Of a stretch of DNA of 64,000 nucleotides, positions 40,490-52,157 are shown in pieces. Under the pieces are notes generated by a model. It was not told the DNA's origin. It worked only from the letters and a program-made list of their open reading frames with translations, and did no database searches. Location of the stretch: assembly GCA_013265495.1 (NCBI GenBank), contig MU058824.1:930001-994000 (forward strand), in the 5' to 3' direction. How positions within the stretch are numbered: position 1 is the stretch's first letter; each line of letters starts with the position of its first letter. Origin of the DNA: Vicugna vicugna. Taxonomy: Eukaryota. A program made the translations under genes and the position numbers.

Positions 40490-40930
40490 GGTGTTAGAAG
40501 CAAAGGTAAGACAGGATTAAATGTGAGGATGTGAGGACTTTACTTGGGAGAAAAGGGGGAGGGAGCTGGGAGAGCCATCACACCAGGAGGCAAGTCTGAC
40601 CAAATGAAGGATGGAAGGGAGAAAAGTTGGGCAGAAGTGTCCTAGAGCCACACAGGCTCTCAGAACGCTCAGCAAGGCCATAAGGTAGTCTTCAAACCAC
40701 AGTCAGCTGTCAAAGAAGCCTCTGTCCCCTGGAGGCTAGAAGTGCTAGCACCCCTGCCTTACTGAGTGACTGATTGGCTGGGAGCAGCCCATAGGAAGTG
40801 TGGCTCAACACAAATACAAGTGCACAGCAGCTGGGGCCCTAGGTCAGTATGGCTCCCTGTCTGCCAGGTGTGTTTCATGGCCACCACAAACACCGCATCC
40901 TGATATCTTTCACCTGGACATCTACAGCAG
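40490..40930. mobile_element. ERVL LTR16-like solo LTR remnant
   Basis: GGCAAGTCTGACC...GAAGGATGGAAGGGAG...TGGGCAGAAGTGTCCTAGA...TGATTGGCTGGGAGCAGCCC. Confidence 0.45.
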
Positions 40931-42958
40931 GTGCTTGGTCTCAGCCCCACACATGCATCCCAGGAGCCTTGTACTCCAAACCTACAGTCCCCTCATTCGG
41001 AACATTATAGGAGCTCGGGCTCAAAGATGTCTGTGGACACCAACCCTGGGAGAAACAATATTCTTCATTAGATTATACAGCAAACCTGCACATGCCCCAT
41101 GTCTCTATTCTTAAGTGCACACATACATAGGTATACATGGTTATTTGTTAGTGCACATGTATATAAATGGGTATATCTGCATATGTGGCTGAGCATTTTT
41201 ATTTATGTGTATGTGTGTGTGAATCTACACAGTGATACCATTGGAACTATGCTAAGCATTTCACCACAGTATCCCTCATCTTTACAACTATCTTGAGGCA
41301 GGCAAGTAGGTAGGCTTCTAGGTATTATCCACTTTTCAGCTTAAATGTTTTCCCCAAAATGCCATCATTCAGATAATACAAAGCAGGCCAAAGGCTGAAT
41401 CAGGAATGTTTTCTTTCAAGATCTGAGCTCTTGTCCTCTCCACAACACCCCCACCCCCATCTACTCATATGACCATTTATTGCAGAAAACTACATATGTG
41501 TGCACATATGAGAAAAGTTAAGAGAGAGAAGGGAAATATATGGATAGGTATAGATTAATTATAGATCGGTGACTAATGAAGGGACACACTTCCAGAAACC
41601 ACATCCCCCCACCCCCGATATAATTCAATTAGTGCATGCTGTCTGGAAACATAGATTGCATTCTAGCTGTAAGAATTTCTATATAATAGGCTACAACACA
41701 AATTTTAGAGATTCTAAGCAATCTGAGGCTCTGATTCTTCCAGTGTAATCCTGCAGGAGTCCCTTTTCTTGTCCTTCCCAAAACCCTTGCCTATGGCAGG
41801 TTTTTGAGACTGCCTTATGGAGGTTGTTTTATCCTGATTGAGAAGTTTTTTTTTTAAAAAAAAAAACTCCAACACTTTAGTTTTCTGAATCATTTGTCTT
41901 TGTTTCCTGGCAGTATGAAATACTAGTCTGAGGAAATCAACTTAGAATTAGTTGCAGTTACCATTTATTGAGCACAGGTACTGTGCTTGAGATTTTCATA
42001 AGTAATCACATTTGAATTTGGTTCTTAGCAAGATGATCTCCATTTTACAGATGAAGAGCTAGGGCTGTAAGAGGTTAAGAGACTTGGTCAAGTTATTCTG
42101 TTCAAAAGGGGCTGAACAGAGACTGGAGCTGGACTTTTGCTGAATCTACAGCCCAGGTTTTTCCGCTGTTTAACACTCTCAGTAGAAGATATGATCTGCC
42201 TAAATTCTTGGTGTTCCACGCTGTTCATTAGTTCTGCTGGATCCTGGGAGCCTGCAGGACCAGCCAACCCCAGGAGGGCTGCTTGGGGCCAGGGCAGGTA
42301 GACTTACCTGGAAGATCACCAGCCTGGCTATCAGCATATCCACTTTCTCCCCATTTCCTTTTGCAGCCTTCTACCTCAATTCACAATGACAGTCCAGCTG
42401 CTGCCAGTTCTGATTGCCATTGAAGCCTTCTTTCTTTTTAAGGATTTTGAGGAAGAAAACCATCATGTGCTCAGAAGGGTCTTGGCAATCAGAAGTGTCT
42501 GGAGATTTTGAGCTGTTAACTCAGAGAAGTGGCGAAAGTACTTTTTAAGACATCCTTATGATCTCAAATGGCAGCTAGAGTCAACATGGCTGGATCCGAA
42601 CAGGTTTCCAAAGCACAGCCGTAAGTGGGTGAGGGCTGTAACAAAGGCCCAGATATTTGGAGAGCATTACACAGTTTGTTAGATGCTTTCAGCCCCACCC
42701 TCTCACTCAGTCCTCACAGCAATCTCATGCTTTTCACAGTTGAGGAAAATGGTCAGAGAGGTAAAGTTCCTTGCCCAAAGGCAGAAGCTAAGAGGTGGAG
42801 GTGAGATTCTAACCCAGTTCTTCTGTCTCCGGGCCCATCATCTCAGGATTGTATCTGGGTGGTCCTCATATCTGTACCAGGCGCCAAAGGAAGGGTCAGT
42901 GGAAAATAGCAGAGGAGTCTGGAAACAGATAGGAACATCTGTAAAAAGGTAAAGAAGT

Positions 42959-43325
42959 TGTCTTCGTCAGCTTAGGTTGCCATAACCAATGCCATAGACT
43001 GGGAGGTTTAAACAACAGATATTTATTTCTTACAGTCCTGAAGGCTGAGAGTCCAAAATCAGGGTGCCAGCATGATTGGGTTCCAGTGAGAACCCTCTTC
43101 CTGGTTTGCTGTCTTCCTGCTGTGTCCTCAGGTGACAAGGAGTAAAATCAGAGAGAGAGAGGAAGCTCTCTCCTGTCTCTTCTTATAAGGGCACTAATCC
43201 CATCACGTGGGCTCCAGCTTCATGACCTAACTACCTCCCAAAAGCTCCAGCCCCAAGTACTATCACATTGGGAATTAGGCTTTAAACACATGAATTTGGG
43301 GGACACAAACATTCAAGCTACAGCA
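42959..43325. mobile_element. MaLR MLT1A/B-type solo LTR
   Basis: TGTCTTCGTCAGCTTAGGTTGCCATAAC...TTCTTATAAGGGCACTAATCCCATCA...TGAATTTGGGGGACACAAACATTCAAGCTACAGCA. Confidence 0.85.
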
Positions 43326-43329
43326 GAAG

Positions 43330-44050
43330 TCATTTGGTACAGTGAACCAAGCACCATGCTAGGCGCTTGGGATACAGTATGAACAAGGCCACCCAGCCCC
43401 TGCCCTAAGAGAATCATAATCCAGTGGGGGAGATCAACAATTAAAAAGGCAACTTCAACACAGTGATAAGTTTTCCGGGAAAGGAACATACAGGCTCTGT
43501 TGGAGCACAAGGAATGGCACTTCACCCAGAGATGGTACTAGGCCTCTTGATTCATTTTCCAAGTATATAGAAGTGACTTAAGATTTGGAGCAGAAGTGAA
43601 AATAGAGATGGTGGGTGTGGGAGGAGAGATCCAGAAAGGCTTCCCATAAGGGGTGTATAGCCTTCTGGAGCAGGAGCCTTGAAAAGTGGGTAGAATTTTC
43701 AAGTGCAAAGATTTGGAGGAGAAGCATTTCAGCCTAAGGAAATACCCCGGGTAGAGACCTGAATAGGGGATATGCCTAGTGGACAAGAGCTTATCTCCAG
43801 AGTCTGTGGGTAGACTACTTGGTGCAGGATGCCAAGAGACACAGCTGGAAAAGCAGACAGGGGTCAAGTCAGGGCCTTCCAAGGTATGGAATTTGTCCAA
43901 TAGTCCATGGTGAGCCACTACTGGCATTTTGAGTAGAGCAGTGACACCGCTGGGCCTGCATCTTGGAAAGATGGTTTTCAGGGCAGTTTGGATGATCCTG
44001 AGGAGAAGCTAGAAGGATGAGACCAGTATCAGTGTGTAGGTAAGAGACAA
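43330..44050 (-). mobile_element. L2 LINE remnants
   Basis: AAGCACCATGCTAGGCGCTTGGGATACAGTATGAACAAG...TGAGCCACTACTGGCATTTTGAGTAGAGCAGTGACA. Confidence 0.6.
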
Positions 44051-44356
44051 TAATGGAATCATCCCTGGGGCAAGAGCTAAGTCAGTGGGGTAGTCACCCA
44101 GGCTGGCAGAACCAGAGAGGGCAGAGCCAGAGAGCAGGCTCTGGTGCTATCTAAAAAGATGTTGAAGATCTATCCAGAGGAGCTGGGTGGGTCTTCTGTC
44201 CAAGAGGCAAACTCAAGGTCAGGAATGAAAAGGAGCCAGAGGGCTACAGTAGGGCAAACAGAGGGATAAAAGGGGAGGGGTAGTAAGAGGCCAGAGTAGA
44301 GAGAAAGCAAGGGATGTAAGGGCTCTTGCTGGAAATGGGCCTCAGACTGCTACCTC

Positions 44357-44412
44357 TGTGTGTGTGTGTGAGAGAGAGAGAGAGAAAGAAAGAGAGAGTG
44401 AGAGCGAGAGAG
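44357..44412. repeat. Compound (TG)n(AG)n microsatellite
   Basis: TGTGTGTGTGTGTGAGAGAGAGAGAGAG... Confidence 0.9.
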
Positions 44413-45014
44413 ATACATGCACAAACGTGCTGAGCAGGGAAGAGAGATGACCTTGGTTAAAGGGTGACAGACCAGGAGGATAATGAGGGTTCCCTAAGAG
44501 GCTGGATGGGAAACACGTAGCCAGGAGCAGGTCTCAGCACCTGCATGGATAATCACCCCTTGGCCACCTGAATCAAGAGAATAAAGAGTCATGAGCGTCC
44601 CACAGAGCAGTTCTGTTCCCCTTGGTCCTGCCCCAGGAAAGCAGCACCCTTAGCCACACCCAGCCGTCCAATCAGTCACCCAGCCACCATGCCCTGCACA
44701 CCTACTAAGTGATGCCCCAGACACAGAGATAAAAACCCAAAGTCTTTTTTTGTTTTAAAGACTTGAATCAAACTCCTTTCTGGCACTTTCCACAGGTTTC
44801 TAGGGGTTTTGTCCCCTGCACTCAGGGCTGAGGAAACTGGTTTGTCTACAGGCTGAGTGTTCCTTTGAAAACTTCCAGGTATCCAGGAACAGGCAGCCTC
44901 CTGGACAGTGAACACACTGCCTGTGAAACTCCAGATGACAATGAGTGGCACTTCCAAGACAGTCCTCCCCAGATTCTTTTCAGCTCTGTGATTCCTTCCT
45001 TCCTTCCTTCCCTC

Positions 45015-45262
45015 TCCGGCTTGGCTGGAGTTCTCGGCCCATAGGAGTTCTGTGAGAGCGTAGAACAATCCAGCTGTCCCACTTCACAAGAGGCTGGCTG
45101 ACCCCTCGCCGGCCGGCCGGTGGGTACTGTACCCACAGCCCAGGGCTTGTCTGCCTGCCCTCCCTCCTCTCCTGCTGCTGACGCATTCGTCCTATAATAA
45201 GCCTCTGTTACTTGGAGCTGGGGCGGCTCGTAGTAAGCCGAAACCGCTACTATATTTACACT
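45015..45262. promoter_or_regulatory. Small CpG-retaining promoter/enhancer-like island
   Basis: 13 CpGs in ~230 bp against a CpG-depleted background. Contains TGACGCA (CRE-like), GGGCGG, and TATA/MEF2-like CTATAATAAG and CTATATTTAC. Confidence 0.5.
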
Positions 45263-48200
45263 CTTTCCACATTTAGACAAAGGCTATTTTTAACAGAAGG
45301 TCTATTTGTGGGGGTTGCCCACGTCACACTTTGTTCACATGCATCTCACCATCCTGAGTCTATTATTTTGATTTCACACTTGTACCAGGTCTCTTACCTT
45401 CCCTCCTTCCATCATTTTACTTTCATTTCATCTTTCTTTCTCCAGTTTCCTTCCTTTTTTTCCCCAAGAGGAAAGCAGAATGTGAGGTCTTTGGCAGGCT
45501 GTGTTTCCAGATTTTTTCTGGGGACACTGGGCCCCATCCTCACAGGGCAGAGTGGGCTGTGGGCACTAGGCCTGTGCACTCCTTTCAGGAGGCAAGCGCA
45601 GACCCCAATCCTTGGGGGCTCCAGAATGGTCTGTTCTGCCTCCAAGTTTAGTCTGGGCAGGACTCTGGGACTGTCACAGCCTGGCCTGCCTTCTCCAAAG
45701 CATTCCAGTTCTGTGTGTGTGCCTGTGCTTGTTTGGGGAAGTATGGCTGGCAAGGTCAGAAGAAAATAAGCCAATGGATTCATCATTCATGCAGAGCCTC
45801 TTTTTTTTTCAGCTCAAAAGTTAATTTTATCAGATTTCTGTAAGAAGGCAGAATTTTTGTGTATTTTGATGAAAGAGGGTTTCATTCTTTCTAGATGAAT
45901 GATCCACTTACGGGAAGTGGGTAGGGAAATCGGTGGAATTAACAGATAATAAGTGCCTACTGTGGGCAAGCACTTGGCAGGCACTGTGGAAACCTGGAAT
46001 CTGACTATGGTGCTAGCAGGTGGTCCTGCCACACCCAGGTTACAAGTGAGGAGATTTAGGTCCAGAGAGATTAGCGACTATCCTAGATTCACCTAGCTTG
46101 TAAATGGTTGTGCTGGGACTGAAATCTATACATGTTGGCCCCAAATCTCACTTTCCTACTGCTTCCATCTCACCTCTCCAAAAAATTAAAGTCTTCATTA
46201 GTACTGGTTTTATTGTTTTTTTTCCCTGGTTCTACTCCCCATCTCACCCCCCACCCTACTAGAAGAGGCCTTTCCCACCTCGGAACCCTCAGCACTTGCT
46301 TGGTCTGCTTCTTTAGATCCTGATCAGTGACTGATCTGAGATACAGCCACATTGGAATCTAAAAAGGACACCAGCCCCTGGACTCCTGGAAACCTTGTGG
46401 ACAGACCCTAAAGTGTCCCAAGAGAAACCCCACACTGTCAAATCTTATTTTATTTCTCCCAACAATCAATTTGGCTTCAGAATGAAATATTTTTATTGCA
46501 TTTCTAAGAGCAAAGTGTGCTGAGATTTGAATTCACTATAGCAGAAACAGAATACAGGGCCAGTTGTAGGACACCCTGCTCTCTTAGCCCAGTGTGTTCG
46601 CTGGATTCCCGTCATCAAGACTTTTAAATTGCTGGCTCTGGTTCAGACATTTCTTGGAGGCTCTGATAAGAGTGTATTGTCTACTTTGTGTCTTAGAGTC
46701 GGGAGCCCTAATCCCAGAAGCTCTGCAGCTTTAACAGTAGGACAAGTTAATTGCTTATATTTAATTTAATTTCTTCTTCCTTAAAATGAAGAATCTAATA
46801 CCACTTTGCCCAATCACTCATTTCACAATTTGCTAAGAAGTCCAAGTCAGAGAATTTATGTGACTGTGCTGTTATGAAAGCTGGCAAATGCTATGAGAAT
46901 GTTAGTTGCTAGGGGTGATGTCTTTATCAATAGTAAAGATGCGAAGGAGGACTCAGCAAGGCCAAGTGACATATTCAAGATCACACAGCAAGTAAGTGGT
47001 TGAAATAAGGGCTTAATAGCCCTATTTCCCTCTGCAAAGGGATGAAAAGAAATCACAGGGCCACTGGAAGGCTCAGATCCTGAGCTCTACAATGCTGAGT
47101 CGAGTTCAGCCCAGAAATGGGGACACTGATCTGGGATGGGTCCCATCTCTCTCCCCAGCTGACCCTCCCTGCACCTTTGTCCCAGGAGCTTCTCAGGCTT
47201 CTCAGCAGTGTGAGTGTCCTGCCTCAGCCAGAACTGAAATCCCAGAGCAGGGACAGAAGAGCCAGTGTCATGGGGCTTCGGTTTCAGGATATACTGGAAA
47301 GGTGAGAAGGAAGCTTGTCTTCCCATGGATCTGGGCCAGGGCCGGGTAGCAGGGCCTCCCCTGCCAGGAACTGGGATGTTCCCCAGGTGCCTGGGCATTC
47401 CCAGGTCAGCCGGGCCGCCAGCACTTTCCAAAGCATTAGCTTAGGTCAGAAAATAAGTCCTTCAGCTCTTTGCACTGAGCAAATGCCTTGTCGTTCAGAC
47501 AAAAACTGCCCCAGAGTCTGCAACCTTGGTGAGGCCTTATGCTCCCCGTGGCCTAGGGACCAGTTTGAGGAAAAGAAATTAAAGCTCCGTGTAATTGCTT
47601 CTTGGAGGACTTGATGAGACAACCTCTTTACATCCTGTAGCTCTACACCTCAACCTCCTCGACTTTGACCTGGCCACACCTCTCCTCCCCACCCCCACCC
47701 CTTGCCAAATTCCCACCCATTTTCAAGGCCTGGTGCAAATATTACTCCCTTTGTGAAATCTGTTCTCATCCTTCTCCCAGTTGGAAATAATAATGAAAGC
47801 CCCTCCTGTGGGCTGTCACAGAACTCTGTGAACATAGCAGCACATCCCAGCCTATGTGCACTGGAATTTCTCTTACATCCAGCCTATAATAGAGGAGCTG
47901 CCTGGCTGATCAGTGGCATTGGAGTCAGGCTTAGTTTTCACCCCTTCTCCTGGAGGGTGGAGTAGAGCTTCTGATCTGGAGGCCTCTGGATGGTGGAGTA
48001 GACACTGGAGCTGTTACCCTGATCCCCTTTTCGGAGCCCATGCACCCATGCCCAGATGATGTGAGTGTGACCTGCTACCAGTTACTGACCTACAGCTACC
48101 CCCTTTCTTGGGAGAATTGCTCTCAGGAAACAGGAGCTGCCTCTCCAGGATGTTAACCCCCACCCTGCCCTGCCCCAACTATCACCAGCACAGGGATGAT

Positions 48201-48429
48201 TAAGTGAAACAGGGATGTGAAAGGGCAGTGCCCTCCTCTTAAGGGGACACCCTAGCCCCCTAGCCGTGTGCTTGAGGCTCCAGAGCATTAGTCCCGGTTT
48301 CCACCTCTTCCCCAAAGATTAGGCTGAGGCTAGGCTTTACCTGAGACAACAGTTCAGGGCACAAAAACTCTCATGTCCCAGATAATCCCTTGGTTTGGGG
48401 CAAGCAAAGCTGATTGGTTGGCCTAGACT

Positions 48430-48619
48430 GAGTTGCCAGATTTAGGAAATAAAAATACAGGAAATCCACTTAAATTCACATTTCAGATCAACAAAGCACA
48501 CATTTTTAGTATAAATATGTACCATGCAATATTTAGAACTCCTTGTAGTAAAAAAAAAATTGCTCTTTTTATCTAAAATTTAAATGTAACTGGACGCTCT
48601 ATATATTATCTGGTAACTC
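48430..48619. mobile_element. MER53 palindromic hAT MITE, near full length
   Basis: GAGTTGCCAGATTTAGGAAATAAAAATACAGG...TTTTATCTAAAATTTAAATGTAACTGGACGC...TATCTGGTAACTC; the termini are inverted repeats. Confidence 0.8.
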
Positions 48620-49571
48620 CACCCTTGACCACATCTATGTCTGTTCCTTTCCCCTCCCTATTCTGCTTTTCTATCTCCCTCCCTGGCAGGTTTTTCCCTC
48701 CATAAACCATGGTACCTAACACCCTTTCTCAGCCTCTGCTTCTAAGGAACTTGACCTAAGACTGTCATTGCCTCTCTGCCATCTACAGTGGCCAGAGAAG
48801 GCCCTTCATTTCCCCAGGACTTTGCAGAACATATCTCTTTGGCTTAGTTTCTTGGCATAGGATGGGTGGGATGGTTGTCAAGTGGGGCTCTGGGTGACTT
48901 TGGAAGAAATCACTGCCTCTACCTCCATTCCTGCAGAACTAGTTTCCTGGAAACTGCAGGAAGACAAAGTGTCCAGAAATCCTTGTGACCACGGCCTCTT
49001 CTAAGGAGACTACTTTGATCCATCCATGACAGAGCTAGGGTTGGTGGCTTAATATCTGAGCCTGGATTTTATACTCTGGAATATGAAGACTAGATAAAAG
49101 GACCTCTGTAGACCTCCCAGCTACGACCTAGTTGAGATTTGGAGTTTTCATAAGCCTGACTTTTGTGTTTAGTTTATAAAATACTCACCCCAGTGGCTGG
49201 CACAGAGTTGCTGTTAGTAGTAGTGTTGATCGTAAGCACCTGTAATCAATAACAGCTGATTTCCCGGATAACATGGGGTTGATAAGAAGCTGTCCTGTTG
49301 GGCACCAGGCACCCAGCTAATCAGATTTCAGGACAAAGCCACAACAAGGTAGAGTGAGTTGTCTCGGAAGGCTGTGAGCTTCGTATCATTCAAAGGGAAG
49401 AACGGGGTGGAGGGGGGCACATGCACTAACATACATTTACAATAAGCCCAGTGGCCATTTTGGTGTTCAGGAACTTGGCAAATACTCCCAGGACAGTGTC
49501 CCAGACTCTGCTCCTACACTTTGCAGAACTACAGACATTCCCAGACCTGTTAGAGGACCAACTGCTCTCCT

Positions 49572-49601
49572 GAGAGAGAGAGACAGAGAGAGAGAGAGAG
49601 A
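49572..49601. repeat. (GA)n microsatellite
   Basis: Directly visible, one interruption. Confidence 0.9.
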
Positions 49602-50394
49602 CTGACCCATGGACACTCAAACCCTGCATCCTTAAGTCTACCAGACCTAGGAGGCAGTCATGCCATCCTTCCTCTCACTTGTGTCATGCTGTGCATGCTG
49701 TCCCTTCTTCTCGAGGGGCTCCACTCAGACTCAGACTAAGTCTGAGACATCCCCCGCTGCCAGACCCACAGCTGTTTGGCTGAAGGAACTGACTTTCTAT
49801 TCCCTCTCCCACAACTTAGCAAGGATAGCCAGGAGCCCTTATTTCACATAAAACCCCATCCTGGAATCTTTGCTCACAATCACAAAATCACAGGGTTCAA
49901 GGGGACTGTGGGTCACCTAGTCCAAACCCAAGCAGATCTGTGAATGGAGTTCCCTGGAGAACACCCCTGCCGAGTGCTACTGCTTGACACCTGCGAGGCC
50001 AGGCCAAGAGCTCATTCCCAGCTGGCACCACCATTCCCGTGGTCCAACTACTTAGCCATAAGAAGGTGCTTCTCATCTCCATGTGTAATCTGACCTCTTG
50101 CAGCATCTTCTCATTGGGTCTCATTCTTTCACTGATGGCACAAAAAGTCCAGTCTTGTTGGAAGGTGGTGGGCAAAGAGGTTCAGGGAGGTATGCAGGGA
50201 TAAGTATTGTGAGATGACGTCAAAGGTGGTGAGAAATGTCAGAAAGAGACCTGGCAGAAACAGGTGAATCTACAAAGGACCTGCATCCTGTACGCTTTCT
50301 TGCATGCTTTTTTAAAGCATGGTGCTAAAAAGGAAACTCCTCAGCCCTCTGGGAAACTTGTCCATCCCAAATAAGTTACTCTCTGAGAACTACA

Positions 50395-50785
50395 GACAAC
50401 TGGAGTATTGTGTTACCTATTGTGGTGACAAGAAAAGGGTGATCAGGAAGGGAGGAGACTCAAAACTGTGTCATGAAAAGACACTTGAAAGAACTGGATC
50501 TGTTTAGCCAGAAGAATAGATTTGGGTGGTAAGGTTGTTGTCTCTAAAAATCCTTCCTGGGGAAGAAGGATTGGGCCAATTCCAAAGGGAGTAAAGAATT
50601 GGACTTAGGACAAAAGGGTAAACCATCAGTGTGACCAAAAGCTTTGTAATAAACAGAGTCATCTAACAGTGAGAGGTCCCTGTCACTGAAGGTGTCCAAG
50701 TGAGATGGGGAAGGGGGGCCATCGATGCAGTTCAAGCTTGAGTGGAAGTTGGGCTTAATGGTTTTTCATATCTGAGAGTCTGTGA
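50395..50785 (+). mobile_element. L3/CR1 LINE 3' relic
   Basis: ACTGGAGTATTGTGTT...TTGAAAGAACTGGATCTGTTTAGCCAGAAGAATAGA...TCCCTGTCACTGAAGGTGTCCAAG. Confidence 0.65.
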
Positions 50786-51960
50786 GTTTTTTTTTTTCCT
50801 TAGCGTATTCATATCCTCCCCAACATACACACAATGAAGCCTGGATATTTAAAGCCAGAGGCTGTTTCTTTATTTTTCAAGGTACATCAATGTAGGGTGT
50901 GCGTCTCTTGCTTTGCTTAGCTTTAGTCACTCAGAGATTTTTTCCCATCGCTGACTTGATTGTCAGCAAGGAATAAAAGCCTTTCCTCTTTCCTTGGGAG
51001 GAGTGGAGCAGATTGTCTGGATCTGTGCGTATTGCCCTGGCTCCAGTCTCAGCACCAAACGCGTTCCTTCTGCGCAGTCTGTTCCCGTTTTGACAATGCA
51101 GAGGGGAGAGCTGGAGAAAGTCCCATAGCCAAGGGTTTGGGGAGCTGCAGGGCAGGCTTTGCTCTGGGACAGGAGGGATCATATTTGTATCTAAGAAAGT
51201 TGTGGTCAGAGTCCCTTGCTCAGGAAGGACAAGCAGAAAGTTTGTCTGGGGTCAGCATCTAACCTCACGCAGCATCTTAGAGAGAAAGCTGTACCTACTG
51301 CAGCCATATGAATGTTTCAGGAGGAAACTCACCTATACCTCTCTGGCATCCTGGAGATTAAAATAATAATAAGTTGGTTTTTCCCTGCATAAAAGGTGAG
51401 GTTGTGCTGTATTGCCTGAGGATGGAGTACTAGATTCCCTGCTTTATTAAGATCTAAAAAGTGGTCTCATTTGGACTAGAGCATTTTACATCCTGTGACC
51501 AGCCAGTAAGTGACTCATAAAACAATATTACTCGACTAGGGTTTACTGAGCCTCCCTCTGTGCTAGGCTGTGTACCAGGCACTGGGGAGCATAGATAGAC
51601 AAGCCTCAGGATTTGCCCTCAAGAAGCTTATAGTCCAGTGAGAGATACACTCACAAGCAAAACAATTAAAATCTGTGCAGCCAGGGCTCCAGAAGAAGTA
51701 TGCTGTGAGTACAGTAGCTAGCCAGGAGTCTCAGGGACAGTGTCCTCAAGGAAGGGATACTTGAGATGAGCTTTCAAAGATGAGGATTTTATGAACCTTC
51801 AAAAGCAGAAGTGGAGTAGGACGGTGGAGGGAGGGATCTGTGTACACAAAGGTCTAGGAAGGGTGTGAGAGAGCTTTGTTTATTTAAGGAGCCACATGTA
51901 CTTCCATGTGACCAAAGCCGCATGTGATGCAGGCAGAGATGTTCAAAGGATGAAGCTAGA

Positions 51961-52157
51961 AAGGTGGTTTCAAACCAAGAGCAGTTTTGTCCCCCAGAGA
52001 TACTTGGTTGTCCTAAGGAGAGAAGGGATGGCACTCCTGGCCTCTAGTGGGCAGACGCCAAGCATACTGCTAAACATCCTTCAATGCTCTAGGAAGCCTC
52101 CACAACAAAGATGAATCTGGTTCGCAGTGTCAACAGTGCCAAGATGGAGAAACCCTG
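51961..52157. mobile_element. MER20 hAT-Charlie DNA transposon
   Basis: GGTGGTTTCAAACC...TTTTGTCCCCCAG...CTCCTGGCCTCTAGTGGGCAGA...CTGCTAAACATCCT...GTCAACAGTGCCAAGATGGAGAAACCCTG. Confidence 0.8.

Noticed and set aside
45212..45769. 185-aa ORF next to the CpG patch
   Set aside because: It starts at TTG, has low-complexity F/S/L content from a pyrimidine tract, and has no recognisable domain.
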